From Lama guanicoe (lineage: Eukaryota): a DNA stretch of 64,000 nt. The stretch lies in contig MU053652.1 of NCBI GenBank assembly GCA_013239625.1, positions 806,001 through 870,000 of the forward strand, read 5' to 3'. The translations under genes were made by a program, and so were the position numbers. Of the stretch, positions 50,480 to 62,902 are shown piece by piece. The notes beneath the pieces are model-generated. The model was not told the origin of the DNA, did no database searches, and was given only the letters and a program-made list of their open reading frames with translations. Positions within the stretch are counted from its first letter, which is position 1. The number at the start of each line of letters is the position of its first letter.

Positions 50480-52009
50480 TGCACTCATGATTCTACTGTT
50501 CTTCTGCCTAAGGTTTTATGTCATTGACTAGTTCCACATGATGATCGAGGACCATTTCTCAAGAGCGAGGCTCTCGGGCTTTACGGAGGCTTTGTGATGG
50601 CTACCTTGCACTCTCAAGATCCACTTTCTCATGGCCTCCAGGCTGTTCCACATGGTCCAGCTCCCAGTGGTTTGTCCACTGGGCAGAGAGGACGTCGTAT
50701 GAACTAGAGTTATTCAGGAAATAAATCCATATTCTATCAACTAAGACCACAAATGAAGAACATTTTCAAGTAAAGTAAGTATCTACACTCAGGCTAAGAG
50801 CTGGTACACTCAGTAACAATCGTGGCATAAGAACACTTTTATTTCCTAAATGATTTGAAATAACGCGTTAGTCTGTTCACGACCTGAGGAAAGTATATTT
50901 ATTACTTACTACTTCTTAGAAATAGATGAAGAAATTAGCTTTTATAAAAATTCTATTATAACTTCATTGTAAGACAAATCTTACATAAAGGTAAGTTAAG
51001 ATGGGTCTTTTTAAAAAGCAAGAATATAAATACACCAAAGGAAGGGGAATCAATTTTTATACAGTTTTAGAACCTATAACACAAGAGATAACTATAAAAG
51101 ATTAAGGTTATTTTGAAATAATTATATGCAATTTTAACAAGAAAAAAGTACTTTTTTCCCACGTCCCCTGCACACTGTTACCCAGTTATTAACAAAGTCA
51201 TTAAGCAAAATTTTAAAGACTACGAAGAATTTTCTAATCAGATTTATATCTAATCAGCTTTATATCTTTCCAAGTGCTTCTTACATTTCAGGCTGTGGAA
51301 CAAATGGGTGGTATGAGGGTAAAATTGCCTCACTTCAGCCAAAATGTCCCTGAAACTGTGGGCATAAATGAAATCGTGCTTTAAATGCTCCATTCTAGAA
51401 CAGCTTGTTACTTAGGAGAGCCCTGTTATATACTCTTTAGTAAAAAGGACAATCAACTCATGGCTAATCTGTTTCAAATACTGCTTTACCTTAAAGCAAG
51501 GTAACTCCAAGCAGATTAATTACATATGATATCATTACGTATTCACACCACCAGTCACCAACAACCCATTAGAAAAAAATACTCAGAGAATTCACGTCAG
51601 GTCAGTATAAGAGCCCAGTTTTCCCTGATGCCAATCCTTTCATATTTACTATGTAAAGCAAATCCTCTTAAAGAAGACAATTCCCCTAGAGATTTACAGA
51701 ATATTTCAATGCCAGGGCTATAGAAATGCCACTTATTAAACTAATGGGAATAAAAATGGCACTTTTAAAGGTAATATCAAGTACGAACAGAAGTACTAAG
51801 AAAACTGAGACAGAAAAGAAACTATAATCAAAACTGAGTATACATTTCTACTTGGATCTGTGACAATTAATGTACTCCACCCATCTGTGAGTTGTACCAT
51901 GTTTAAAACAGAGCAAAGACAAATCACAGAACTCCTGCTCTCTTTATTAAAGTTCCCACTAGAATTTCTCAAATAAGTAGGCTTGTACCTACAAATAAGG
52001 AGATAGTGA

Positions 52010-52560
52010 GTGAGTGTACTTCCTTCATCACATAGTTTCTAAACTCCTAAATCAAGCCAAGAATTGTCCTAGGCACTGGAATGCACTAACGAGTAAGAAT
52101 TGCCTTTTGACTGAAGTGCAGAAAATTAGTAAGTTAGTAAGATGTAAGTATTAGGAAAAATATTATGAGGAAAATTAAAAACATGCTGTGATTAAGAATG
52201 GGAGTGGAGGACAGGATGCTGGAAGAGATAAAGAAACAATAATGAGATCTGGGCAGCAGACGTAGGTCTGGGAGTTATCTGCACCTGGGCCCTAAGCAAA
52301 GCTTGGTTGCGGCTGAGATCATCTGGGGAGAGTCTGCCCGGTGTGCAAAGGAAAGATTCCAGGACGAAACCAGGAGACACTCCCGGGGAGTCCTGCAGAA
52401 GGCTCAGAAAGAACATGAGGAGGAAGGAAGAGGAAAATAGCTGCTGAAAGACCAAGTGAGACAAACACAGAAAAGCCAACACTGACTCTGCCAAGACGGA
52501 AGTCACTGGTGACCTTGAGAGCAGACTCAGTGCAACAGGGAGACCGGAGGGGAGGAGGAA
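52010..52560 (-). mobile_element. L2 LINE fragments
   Basis: gtcctaggcactggaatgcact...atgagatctgggcagcagacgtaggtctgggagttatc...gaagtcactggtgaccttgagagcag. Confidence 0.65.
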
Positions 52561-54609
52561 ATGAGAGAGAAATGGAAGAGGACACAATTCACCTCATTCC
52601 ACGATGAACAAGTCTCTACAGCGCCACTTTAATTTTAATCAATTACAGCTATTCTAATTTTTCCAGAGTTTTAATATCTAATTTTATAGTTACAATATCC
52701 CCCCTAAAAGAGTCAGAAGTGCTAACAGTTCTATTTTTCAAATGAGAAAACCAAGACACAGGGGACTGATTAACTGAAGAGCTTATTTTGGTCATGAGCA
52801 GCAGCAACTATTTTGATTTTTTTTTCACCCTCATGAGATAATGTGTTCATCAGTTATCTTATTCTCCTGAAGAAGCACACATTAAACCTGAGAAGCTATA
52901 TTCAAGCTAAATGTTCATTAAAACATTTATCTTTCTAACCTACAACAGAGCTGTCTAAGCAGTACAACGAGAGACGCTCAAAACAACAGGAAGTCTATGA
53001 TTAACGGAGACATACGCAAGTTAGATTTCCACCTGTTTGCCTGCACACTTTGAAACAGCATCCCACCTCTTCAGCCCAACTGCCAACAGCAGACTATATA
53101 ATGAACCATCTGTACCCTAACAGTTAGAGCCAACTGAGATGGGTTGATGATACCAAAGAAATCTCATTTTTTCATTCTTTTTCCCCCTTGTGTGTTGTTA
53201 GGGTGAGTAACATTTTTAATTGCGTGATGAATTGAGAATGTTGGCAGGAACTTAACTTCCGTCAAGTTTGAGCTGCTCAGTGTTACTTTGATAGCCTTTT
53301 CTCTACCGCTCTCCGGCAACAGAAGGAAGAGCTGACCTTATGAACCCAACCACTGGGAAGTGAAGCCTGCAGCTACATGACATTAAGAGAAGAGACAAAA
53401 TTCTTCTGCCAGTCTCATATGATTTGACTGAACTATTCAATTATGCCTTTTCAGAATAAGCTGAAATGCAGATCTCACTGTGGTCCTTGGACCAGCCAGA
53501 TTAATAGAATGACTGAAAAAGAATGGCCATTTTTAATGGAAAATAGATGTGATTCCCCTCTCCTTTTTCCAGCTGAAATATCAAGAGCATTCATCAGAGA
53601 AACTTTTGTTCCCGAACAAAACACTGTAAAACTTTTTTTTTTTTTTACAAAAACTGGTCAGTTGATAAAGTCTCTCACCAAGCATATGATGTGTCAGCTC
53701 AGCTAAGTTATTTTTTAATGATTATTATGAACATGATGTTTGCTAACTACTTTCCCCCCATAAGCAGAGATGAATCCTCCTATTTTGTTGAACAGTGCTA
53801 AGTACAATAGACTATTGCTTGAAAGTTCCCTCTTTCAATTAACTTTCTGAAGGATGGGAACATTCCTAGTTAGCTTATAGTGATTCTTCAATTAGCCATC
53901 CTCACAGAATGAAATGCCTCTGTAACTTAGCTGGATTTTAAAATGTTTTTCAATTACATACAGCAGGGCTGTCCTAGTCCAGACAGCTCAAGGGCAACAT
54001 TTCTATTTAATAAAGCCATGTATAACCAGCAAGAACAAAAATGTACCTAGGCATAGCCTCTGCTTTGCCTTAAACTTAAAAGCTAATGGAAATCTATGAA
54101 ACTGATCATGGCTGTCAGTGGTCCCATATTCTCTGGGGCCCTTCCTAAGCCCTCAGCGGTAGGCTTTCTATCCTACTGTAGACCCTGCTGTCCTCATTCC
54201 TTCTGTATGTGAGCTGGTCGGTATTTGTTGAACAATTACTATATGAAGCACTGTGCTCAGCACAGGAAATAAAACAGTATTTCCTTCATGCAGCTTAGAG
54301 TTCAGTGGCTAACTCAAAAAAGAAAATTAATCCACAATATAGTGTGGAAAGTGATCAGAAAGGGAACACTAAAGATGTGAGCACACAGCAAGGGCCACAA
54401 GCACAGGGGGAGAGAGTGTGTGTGTGCTAAGTTAGGGACACGAGGGACCGGCAGGGAATTTCATATACTAGTTGTTCACCAGAACAACTAAATTTATGTT
54501 GGAAAGCTGGGTAAGGTTTAGCCCAATTAGGAGACATAACACCGAATTGATGTGAAAATCTAAGTGACGTCCTAGTAACAATATTCGAGGAGAAAGACAA
54601 AGGCATAAC

Positions 54610-54830
54610 ATTTGCGACATGTCAGGCACTTTGCTAAACACTGTTTATACCTTAACTCACCTAGCTTCCACGACAGCCTCGGGGGGTAGGCACTATTACT
54701 TCTAACCCCATTTTGAGATGAGGAAACAGAGGCACAGAGCTTAGGAAGCTAGGCAACAGGGAGCTCGATTTTAAATGTGGACAGTGTGGGCCCAGAACCT
54801 TCTACTCTTCATTGACTGGCTCTACTGTCT
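54610..54830 (-). mobile_element. MIR SINE
   Basis: gtcaggcactttgctaaac...gtaggcactattac...ccccattttgagatgaggaaacagaggcacagag. Confidence 0.8.
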
Positions 54831-55067
54831 CTCAAGAGATCACCAGCCATGAGTGACGAGTGCGGCACAGAAAATCCTTCCGCGTGGCTACTGCAGGGTG
54901 TGGGGTGCTCACTCACGATGCCTACTATCTAACCAAAAGGTAGTAACTGCCATTTATCCTTGCTCACCAATGATGCGTGAATCTGAGTGAATGACAGGGT
55001 GCACTACTGTCCCCGCTAACTATGGGGTCTACCTTTTCATCTCTAACTGCCAAATGAAAGGCTTTAC

Positions 55068-55190
55068 TGTGGTGCAGGATGCTGAGAGCAGGGGAGGTCG
55101 TGCGCCTGTGGGGACAGGGGCTACTACTCTCTGTCCTTTCCACTCAGCTTTTCTGACAACCTAAAACTGCTCTGAGAAATCAAGTTGATT
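55068..55190 (+). mobile_element. Old L1M 3' terminal fragment
   Basis: gtggtgcaggatgctgagagcaggggagg...ctcagcttttctgacaacctaaaactgctct. Confidence 0.6.
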
Positions 55191-56885
55191 AGTTAGTAAA
55201 AATGAAATAATCAGGATTCAAGCCAAAAAGGGGGGGGGGAGAGAAAGAAGAAAGACTCTGTTTGCCCTTATTAAAGGAATGTCATATACGAGAAACCAGG
55301 TGAGAAAAATTATGAAGGTAAATTTAAGCTATTCCTTAGGCCAACTCTGAATTTAAGAATAGGACGCTACGGTGGAAGATGGAGACATGGAAGGTATCTC
55401 CGGCCCGAGATAATCTGCTACCCCCCTAAGTGGCAGTCCAGGTATCATCAGCCCTACACGGAGGTGTGTTCAGAAACTGCCATTTCCTTCCAAGCTTTTC
55501 AGTCCACCCCATACTCCTGGGAGGTAGCTGCCTACAGAAGCCCGGGCCACCTTCCTCCTTCACTCCTTCATTTGTTCTAATTCTAACTACTCTCTGTACT
55601 CCGGTACTTCGAGACTCTGAGACACACACATATTGTGTCTACCAGAACAGTTAGCAACACTTTAATATTAAACAAAATGCCTGTAAGCTAATCTCCTTTT
55701 CCTTATATCCTCAAACACATTTTCAGGCTTTTAGCTCTGGTAACTGTATATATGAGCTGTGGAATTATTACTGTGATCTAACTATGAGACAGCATAGAAG
55801 GACCTCTGGAAAAATTTACCGGTATTTAGATGAATTATGAAGGTGAAGACAGGAATGACCAGGCAATAATCTTTCAATCTGGAAAGGCCTGGCTGGCTGC
55901 TTCATATTATTTTGATGTAGAATTATGATGCGTTTTAAAAACTAAATATTTAACTGTGTATACTAGTCACTGCAAAATACTCCAAGTGCCTGTAATGCAT
56001 CAAAGACAGTGAAAGTGTTCTTATCCATCTTTCACGGAGAAAGCCCACAGTTTTAAAACCAAGAATCACTCCCTTCTCTCAACTCCGCTGGCAACTTTAT
56101 GCATCCCGTCTACTTAGTTGTTACCAGTGACTGCCCGATACTACTACTGATATTCATTCATAACACATTTCCTTACTTTCTTAAGGCTTTTATCTTTTAT
56201 TTCCTTGTACTCATCCAACGCTTAGATGTCATGCACTTAGCAGACCCTCACAAATGTTTAATTGATCACATTTATCATGATTAGCATCCTTTTGGTCATA
56301 GAAAAAGATGTTATTGGTCTGTTTTTTAATTTAATTAAGTTTACTTAATAATTTAGTTTCTTAAGTATTTCATTCTGCAGATTACAACTCTTCAATAACC
56401 GCATATGAGTATCAAATATCCTGTGTATCAAAGTTACGTTGATTAGAACAACTTCTTCCCTTTAAGTAATAACAGGGGCTGCATTTGCCCTTTTTTCCCG
56501 AATCTCAAGTACTCTTGCCATATTCCAGAAAGTACTGAAAACAGTAATTAAAAGCAGCAGTGGCAGCCACAGAAGACTGCTTTCCCCTGGACTATGACTG
56601 CATGCTCAGAATGCCATCTTTAAGCACGAAGACACTGACCTCATTTCTTCTTGCTCTGAGTTCCCACTTGAATGGTAGCAGGTCTATAAATCCTGTGGCC
56701 CTGGTAATAGTTTAAGCTGCTTGGCAGCAGAGGCTGGGACATGATAGAAGAAACAGATTACCAAGTCTTTAAATCTTTGTGATCTTGAAAGATTCCTGTG
56801 AATGCAGACTTCAAATTCACATGCTATAAACACGTCAGATCTTCCTCCAGAAAACTCATTTTTCCAGAGAGGGTCAATTACCCAC

Positions 56886-56974
56886 CTTGAAGTTCTCCAC
56901 TCCGACTGTACAGCTCCCTTCTCTGTTCCCGCAAATAGGCGCTCATACTGATGGCGTGGGAGGACGATTCGAAT
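56886..56974 (-). CDS. EXOC4: EXOC4 (Sec8) internal coding exon, probably exon 9, 89 nt
   Basis: ttgcag|A TTC GAA TCG TCC...GAA CTT CAA G|gtgggt = (K)[29 protein letters not shown](G). Phase matches the upstream exon (AA+A = Lys). CTAAC branch-point motif at 57003-56999. Confidence 0.96.
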
Positions 56975-58974
56975 CTGCAACGAAACGCAGCGTGAACTGT
57001 TAGGAGTAATCAAATAGGTGATGTCCAGCTACACAGACTCCAAAAATATTCTCCTCCAGCTCTCTAGTGTTCCACAACCAAGACATTCTGGCTACTCCAG
57101 GCCAGAGCAGGCCGCCATCGACCTTGATTTATGAACAATATTCCTGTCTGAACGCTCCTCCATGGCAGTGTTTAAATCTTATGCTCTCCTCCATCTCACC
57201 CGGTACCACTCGATCTGTTGCAACTTTCTTTCACCTCCAGATCCCTTGCCAGGATCCCTACACACAGCAACAGCAAGAGCATCCTGCAAAGTCATTCTAT
57301 TTTGCTCCAGTGCTGCCCCAAAGCCATCAGTGACTGTCAGCTGCCACCACAGAAATACCAGCTCCTCACAGCAGCCCTCCTGCCAGGCAAGCTCCCCCCA
57401 TGAGAGGACTGCACTAAGGGCATGGCAGAAATGCTGCTGAATAACTTCACCAAAAAAAACAAGGCATCTATGGTCTCTCCTCCAAAACAACGTACTTTCT
57501 AAACGGCTGCCAGGATTCTTCCCTGCCACCTACCACTTAAAACACTTCCAAAAATACCAAGCTACAAAATGTTTGTTCACACCTCGCCAGGCACTGTTTC
57601 AGCAGTTAGAAACATAGGGGACAGGTTCCTGATAGAGAACAGGTCTTTAAAAGCTAACACAATGACTATAAAATGGAAAAAAAGAAAAACAAAAAGCAGA
57701 ATCACAGTCTGAAAAGAAACCTGAAGGTAAGGAATCAAAAAAAAGAAAAGGTAAAATCATGACTTTATCAAACTATAAGTTCTCTGATGTGCTAAGAAAT
57801 TCCATTTTAAACCTGAGATTCTCAGAGTCAGGATAACAGGCTGACAGGAGAAATCCTTCTAAGAATCACAGCCACCAAGAGGTAAACAGCAACACAATGA
57901 AAGAGCAACAGTGACCGTGGGATAGGCTTCTGGTCCCAACTAACGAGCCCAAACACTTTCTTAATTATGCCTTCTTTAGCCATCCTTTGACAAGGAGGAT
58001 GAATACCAAGATCAATGTCAGTCCGAGGGAGACACTTGGGTTACTTGATTCTTCCTCTGCACTCTGCCAAGAACTAACAGGGCACTGACAGCGCCAGAAG
58101 GCAGGCAAAGTGTGCGGTACTTCAAAAGTGCCACCTGCCAGTCAAGTGCTGAAGAGAAGCTACTGACCTCCAAAAAGCATGCTGACAGCTATTGATCAAA
58201 AATGGCAAGGGAAGAAAATACAGTCGTGAGCAAATAGAGAGGCACGCATTATACAGGAAGAGAGACCTTAAACACACTTAATTAACCTTGGCTAGGGGCA
58301 ATTAAAGAGAGTAATATAGTTCTTCATGGACGTGATAAAAACAGGTTACAGCTTGCCAAAATCTCAATCCTTTATGACCTGATGCATTTTTACTACTCAG
58401 GAGTTCTTTCTGTGTGTGCAACAAGTCACAGATTGATATAATTTTACAGTAAAAGAGGCACTAGAAATGAGCCCGTCTCACCTCCTTCTTTTATAGCCAA
58501 AGGCACTGAGGCCCATCGAGATGGGAGGCCTGCCCTGACTTACACGGCTCATTAATGGTGGAACCAAGACTAGCAACAGGCAATTGTGTAATAATAGCCT
58601 AATTCTGCGTGGGTGATGAGTTTTTATTACTATGGAATAATTATGAGCGTGTAACAATTATTTAAGTTCATTTGTTCATTTCCAATAATTTATATGTTTT
58701 CTGATATCACAATTTCAGGACTGGCCAAATGTCTGAAAATGTTTATGTGGTCTAAGGTTGAACAGGGTGAGAGCTTGAGAGCATGTAATCTAAACACCCT
58801 GAAACCTACTTTCTGTAATGCATGTAGATTTAGAATGGTAAATTGAGCTAGGAGAGGAGAGGGGAGGGGAGAATGGGATGAGGGGAAGAGATAGGAGGAG
58901 GTGGTTTGGGAGGCGGTGAGGGGAAGGAGCAGAGAGAAGAAAGAAAAGGCTTAATGGTTAGACAGCATTTGAGG

Positions 58975-60064
58975 CTGTCTTAGTTGCCTCCATCAACCAT
59001 CTTTCCTCCTACCATCTTTCTTGCTTGTTGGCACAGCCCTGATTCTACCTGGGCATTCTGCTTTCCAGCTCCCTCTTCATAAGCAGGGTGCTTAGGATAA
59101 TGGGCTTCCTCTCCGACTGGAGAGCTGCCGTTGAAGGTGAACCCTGACTGGTTTAAGACAGTCACCCTGGTCTGCTCCCCTTGCAGAAGATAGTTTGGCA
59201 GTGTCTTACAAAAGTTAAACATAGTCCTACCATCTGATCCAATAATCATACTCCTAGGTATTTATTCAAATGAGCTGAATACTTACATTAACACAAAAAC
59301 CTGCATATGAATGTTTACAGCTGCTTTATTCATAATTGACAGAAGCTGGAAGCAACCAAGATGTCTTTGGATAGGTGGATGGACAAACCAACTGTGGTAC
59401 ATCCACACAACCAGTATTAGTCAGCAACACAAAGGTTGCCACAAAAAGCCACAGAAAGACATGGATGAACCTTAAATGCATATTGCTAAGTGAGAGAAGC
59501 CAGTCTGACAAGGCTATGTACTGTATGATTCTAACTTTTAGATGTTCTGGAAGAGGCAAACTAGAGAGATAGTAAAAAAGATCAGTCCAAGGGTTCAGGG
59601 GGATGTTGGAAAACAGGGGATACTTAGGGAAGTGAAACTATTCTGTAAGATATATCACATTGTGCATCTCTCAAAACCCACCAAACTATACAACACAAAG
59701 AGAGAACCTTAATGTAAACAACAGACTGTAATAATGATGTATCAATACTGATTAATCAATTGTAACAATGTCACACTAATGTCCATAAGAGGAGAAACTG
59801 GGAAGCAGAGACTTACAGGAAATCTCTGTATTGCCAGCTTAATTTTTCTGTAAACCTAAAACGGCTATAAAAAATAAAGTCTATGAATTTAAAAAATGTG
59901 CAGGACTGAAAATGTGCACACTATTTTCTTGGCACCACCATTTTTACTGGAGTGGGACTGAATGCAGAGAAAAGGAAAGGGCTGGGTATGATAAATTTCC
60001 AATGGGTTAATCTATTCATTTGGGGTTCTATGTTACTTGCAGACTAAAGCATTTTAACTGATAC
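58975..60064 (+). mobile_element. Probable MLT1K/L-like LTR split by an L1 insertion
   Basis: 5' piece 58975-59184 (cagccctgatt...ccctgactggtttaag...tccccttgc) and 3' piece ending ttggggttctatgttacttgcagactaaagcattttaactgatac. Confidence 0.5.
59185..59897 (+). mobile_element. Old L1M (L1MC-like) 3' region
   Basis: agtttggcagtgtcttacaaaagttaaacatagtcctacc...catggatgaaccttaaatgcatattgctaagtgagagaagccagtctg...aaaataaagtctat. Confidence 0.88.
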
Positions 60065-60424
60065 TGTATCCAACCCCTGAATAAAACTTTAAAAAGAGAG
60101 AGAGAGAGTTCAATAAACAGAATGGATTTTATTCCAGTGTGGGCACAGTAAATCTCCTCTCCTCTTGACCACAAGATTCATGAACTGTTGAAACTTTCCT
60201 TAATGATTAAGAGCTCTATGAATCCATGAAATAAAGAAAAAAACCCAAAACAACAACAACAAAAAAAACCCTCAAAAGTGAATCAATAAAAGACAGGGGA
60301 CCTTCAGCTATTCAAAAAGAATGAATTCACAATACTGGGATGATACTTCTGTACTCACTGTCTAGCCTTAAATTTACAGATACAACTCTTAAACATCTGT
60401 TAACTCCTCCGAAGGACATAGGAC

Positions 60425-60645
60425 TGCCAAGATTTAAAACCTGTTTCTATCACTTGTTAGCCATGTGAACTTACCTAAATTCCTTAACCTCTCTGTGCCT
60501 GAATTTTTTTTTAATGTGTAAAAACAGGATTAAAAATAGAACTCACACCCATAAGATTGTTACAACGAATGAGTAAAGAAGATAATGCATGAAAATGGCT
60601 TAATAATGCCTTGGCTAGCATGCAGTAAGGACTCAGTAAGAGGTA
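60425..60645 (+). mobile_element. MIR SINE
   Basis: agccatgtgaacttacctaaattccttaacctctctgtgcct...tgtaaaaacaggat...ataagattgttacaac. Confidence 0.75.
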
Positions 60646-61321
60646 ACCACTACTACAGCTGCCAAAATTTGATATCATCTGAATTAAATGATGTTTAACT
60701 GAGATTATTTTGAGAAATTCATCTACCACAGTGCCTGGTACATAGTTAGCACTCAAGCAATGGTAGTTTTTATCACTGTTATTCTTAATGCTTATAATAA
60801 TATCAACTGTTAGCTGTTGCCAAGTGACATACAAACACTTAGGATACATAGCCAAGTGAGGTCAGCTAAGACAGTAATTAGAAAAAAAGAATTTCCAGAT
60901 TGTTCCTTTATTAAATCAAATAAAACCCAACACTGTGTAGCTAGGGAGATTTGCATAACTTTATTAACAAAGATTGTTTCTTGGTGCTTGGGGCCTTTTC
61001 AAAGGCTGAAATATTGCATTTCCTTTCATTTCATATAAAATTCCCCAGAAACAAGAGAATTTCATTTCATATAAAACTCCCAAGAAATAAATTCCAGAAA
61101 TTTTTATTAACGGTTCTAGGTAGTCCACTAACTGTATTCCAAAATACCCACTTCCCTTACAGAAAACGAAAGTACATAGAATTGAGTATATATTCACTTC
61201 CCATAGATTATTGCAAATCAACTTTAACTGAGTGAAATAATGGCTGTCAATAAAGTAGAAAACTATTCTACTTAGATGTAACACATCTTGACACCTCTCT
61301 TACCAGCAGGGAGATACTTAC

Positions 61322-61467
61322 TTGAAAAGAGAATTTTTGGGCCTTTGAGGTTTCTTCTTGGCAAAAAAGGCTGCAAACTCTCGTCCAGTGCTGGCGTAAC
61401 TCAGTTGAGCTGACGGTTCAGAGGCCGTACGAGTATTTTTCATATCCAAGTACTCGGTCAACAGCAT
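61322..61467 (-). CDS. EXOC4: EXOC4 (Sec8) internal coding exon, probably exon 8, 146 nt
   Basis: Reverse complement reads cag|ATG CTG TTG ACC GAG TAC...TCT CTT TTC AA|gtaagt = [48 protein letters not shown](K), recognised as mammalian Sec8. Canonical AG/GT, ends in phase 2. Exon number is from memory of the human gene. Confidence 0.96.
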
Positions 61468-62844
61468 CTGTACAATCAGATGAACAGCTTAATATACACA
61501 TTTATTATATGCAATTAAGAAAAAGTAATTTCAAAACCACAAAGACCTAATTCTAAAACCTCCTTGACATTCAGAAGTATATTAACCCAGCTATTCCTAT
61601 TTCTAGTTGTAGGTCTAAGGAAAAATTCATTACAGCCAGAAAATCATCGATTTGCTGCCTACTCCTAAAACTGGGAACAGGGTACTGTGGGCATTTGCAC
61701 AAGGAGGTAAAGGGAAAGTTTTTATTAAGGGTCTATTATGTGTCAGGCACTGTGCTGAGTTAATCAACATACTCCTCTAGTCATAACTGAACCCTCATTA
61801 TTCCAAATTATAGCAGCATGCGCAACAATGCCTTAATATTTACTGAAGGCTTAATATACAAAAGGGCTAATCCATTTAGATGTGTTACCTAAAGCCAAGT
61901 TTTCTCAGGTAAGTAAATTCCCAGATTACAGATAAGGAAATGAGGCTCAGGAGTTGCAAAGGGAGCCCTGGTGGACTGATTACCAGCACAGCAGGCCAGC
62001 ACTTTAACAAACCCATCAACCAGAGAAGCACAGGCCACAGCCAACTACATAGTCCTGACCTGCAAATAATTTCCAGGGCCACTACTCATCGTTAGAGCTT
62101 CAAACCAACAAAAGCAACAGCTTCTTTGATCACTACTGCCAGCAGGTCCTGCTTATAAAAATCAATCCACTTTAGAGCCTCAGGGGTTGGGGCCGGGGCT
62201 AGAATCAACTGTTCTACTATTTCTCAGACAAGTGTTGCAAAAGGTTCCCACTGCTGTGAAAGAAAAGAGTGGATCTGGAACAGAAATCACCGTGGTTCCT
62301 AAGAACATCTAATCCAGGACTGAAGTATATCAACTCATTTCTAGAATCACTTAGCACATTTAAAATTCCAAGATAACGAAGTGGTAGATAGAGTACATGT
62401 AGGCAAGCAATCCTACTCATGACTGAAGTAAAAGCTTTGCAGAGACTCACAGTCCCCTTTAACTACTATTTCTGCATATATGTATATAATCATTCATTCA
62501 GTAAAGGACTGAGGATTATATTAAGCATTATCAAAAAACATTTCTAAAGCATTTGTGAATACAACATTGATCCAAGTGTTAAAGCCAATTATGTCTCTAT
62601 TATGAGCACATACACACTACTGAGTACTTGTCAAATATTAGACATTTTAAAAAAAGGATTTCACTCGATGTTCAAATCTATGAAGTTAAGTGCCACTTTC
62701 TGTAATTTAGAGATGAAGAAACGGAGAATTCACGAGATTAAGAAACTAGTCTATATGCATATGCAGGGGCAGAAGTTAATGAGAAATCTCTGTTCCCTCC
62801 CCTCAATTTTTCTGTGAACCTTAAAGTACTCCTTTAAAAGTTGA

Positions 62845-62902
62845 AAGAGGAAGGAGGGAAGGAAGGGGGAGGGAGGGAGGCAAGAGGAAGGGAGGGAGGG
62901 AA
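62845..62902. repeat. (GGGA/GGAA)n purine-rich simple repeat
   Basis: Directly visible in the sequence. Confidence 0.85.

Larger units (their letters stand above)
1..56885 (-). other. EXOC4: 5' part of the long EXOC4 intron after the 89-nt exon; the next exon is outside the window
   Basis: Donor gtgggt at 56885. I did not find the expected next exon (GPDDNLIEGGGTKFVCKPG...) by eye; the sequence is repeat-rich and non-coding. Confidence 0.8.
56975..61321 (-). other. EXOC4: EXOC4 intron between the two exons (GT-AG, ~4.3 kb)
   Basis: Starts gtaagt at 61321 and ends ttgcag at 56975; joining keeps the reading frame. Confidence 0.93.

Noticed and set aside
51233..51267. 16-bp tandem duplication tctaatcag(a/c)tttata
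   Set aside because: Common slippage-type event with no associated feature.
52192..52587. Longest ORF in the track (131 aa)
   Set aside because: It lies in L2-derived, pyrimidine-rich sequence; the Leu/Ser/Phe-rich composition is typical of a chance ORF.
56684..57013. 109-aa minus-strand ORF overlapping the EXOC4 exon
   Set aside because: It is a different reading frame of the real 89-nt exon plus intron, with no recognisable protein.
57067..57529. Cluster of four overlapping ORFs in a GC-richer intron stretch
   Set aside because: Explained by lower stop-codon frequency; no known domain and no supported exon structure.
15595..61090. Scattered short direct repeats considered as a CRISPR-like or ordered array
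   Set aside because: All are two-copy adjacent duplications with unrelated sequences and no spacers, in eukaryotic intron DNA.
61900..61916. Strong ttctcag|gtaagt motif
   Set aside because: It is on the + strand, antisense to EXOC4, inside MIR-like sequence, with no evidence of a + strand transcript.
62845..62902. Potential G-quadruplex or triplex purine tract
   Set aside because: An ordinary GGGA/GGAA simple repeat at an L1 fragment tail; nothing suggests function.
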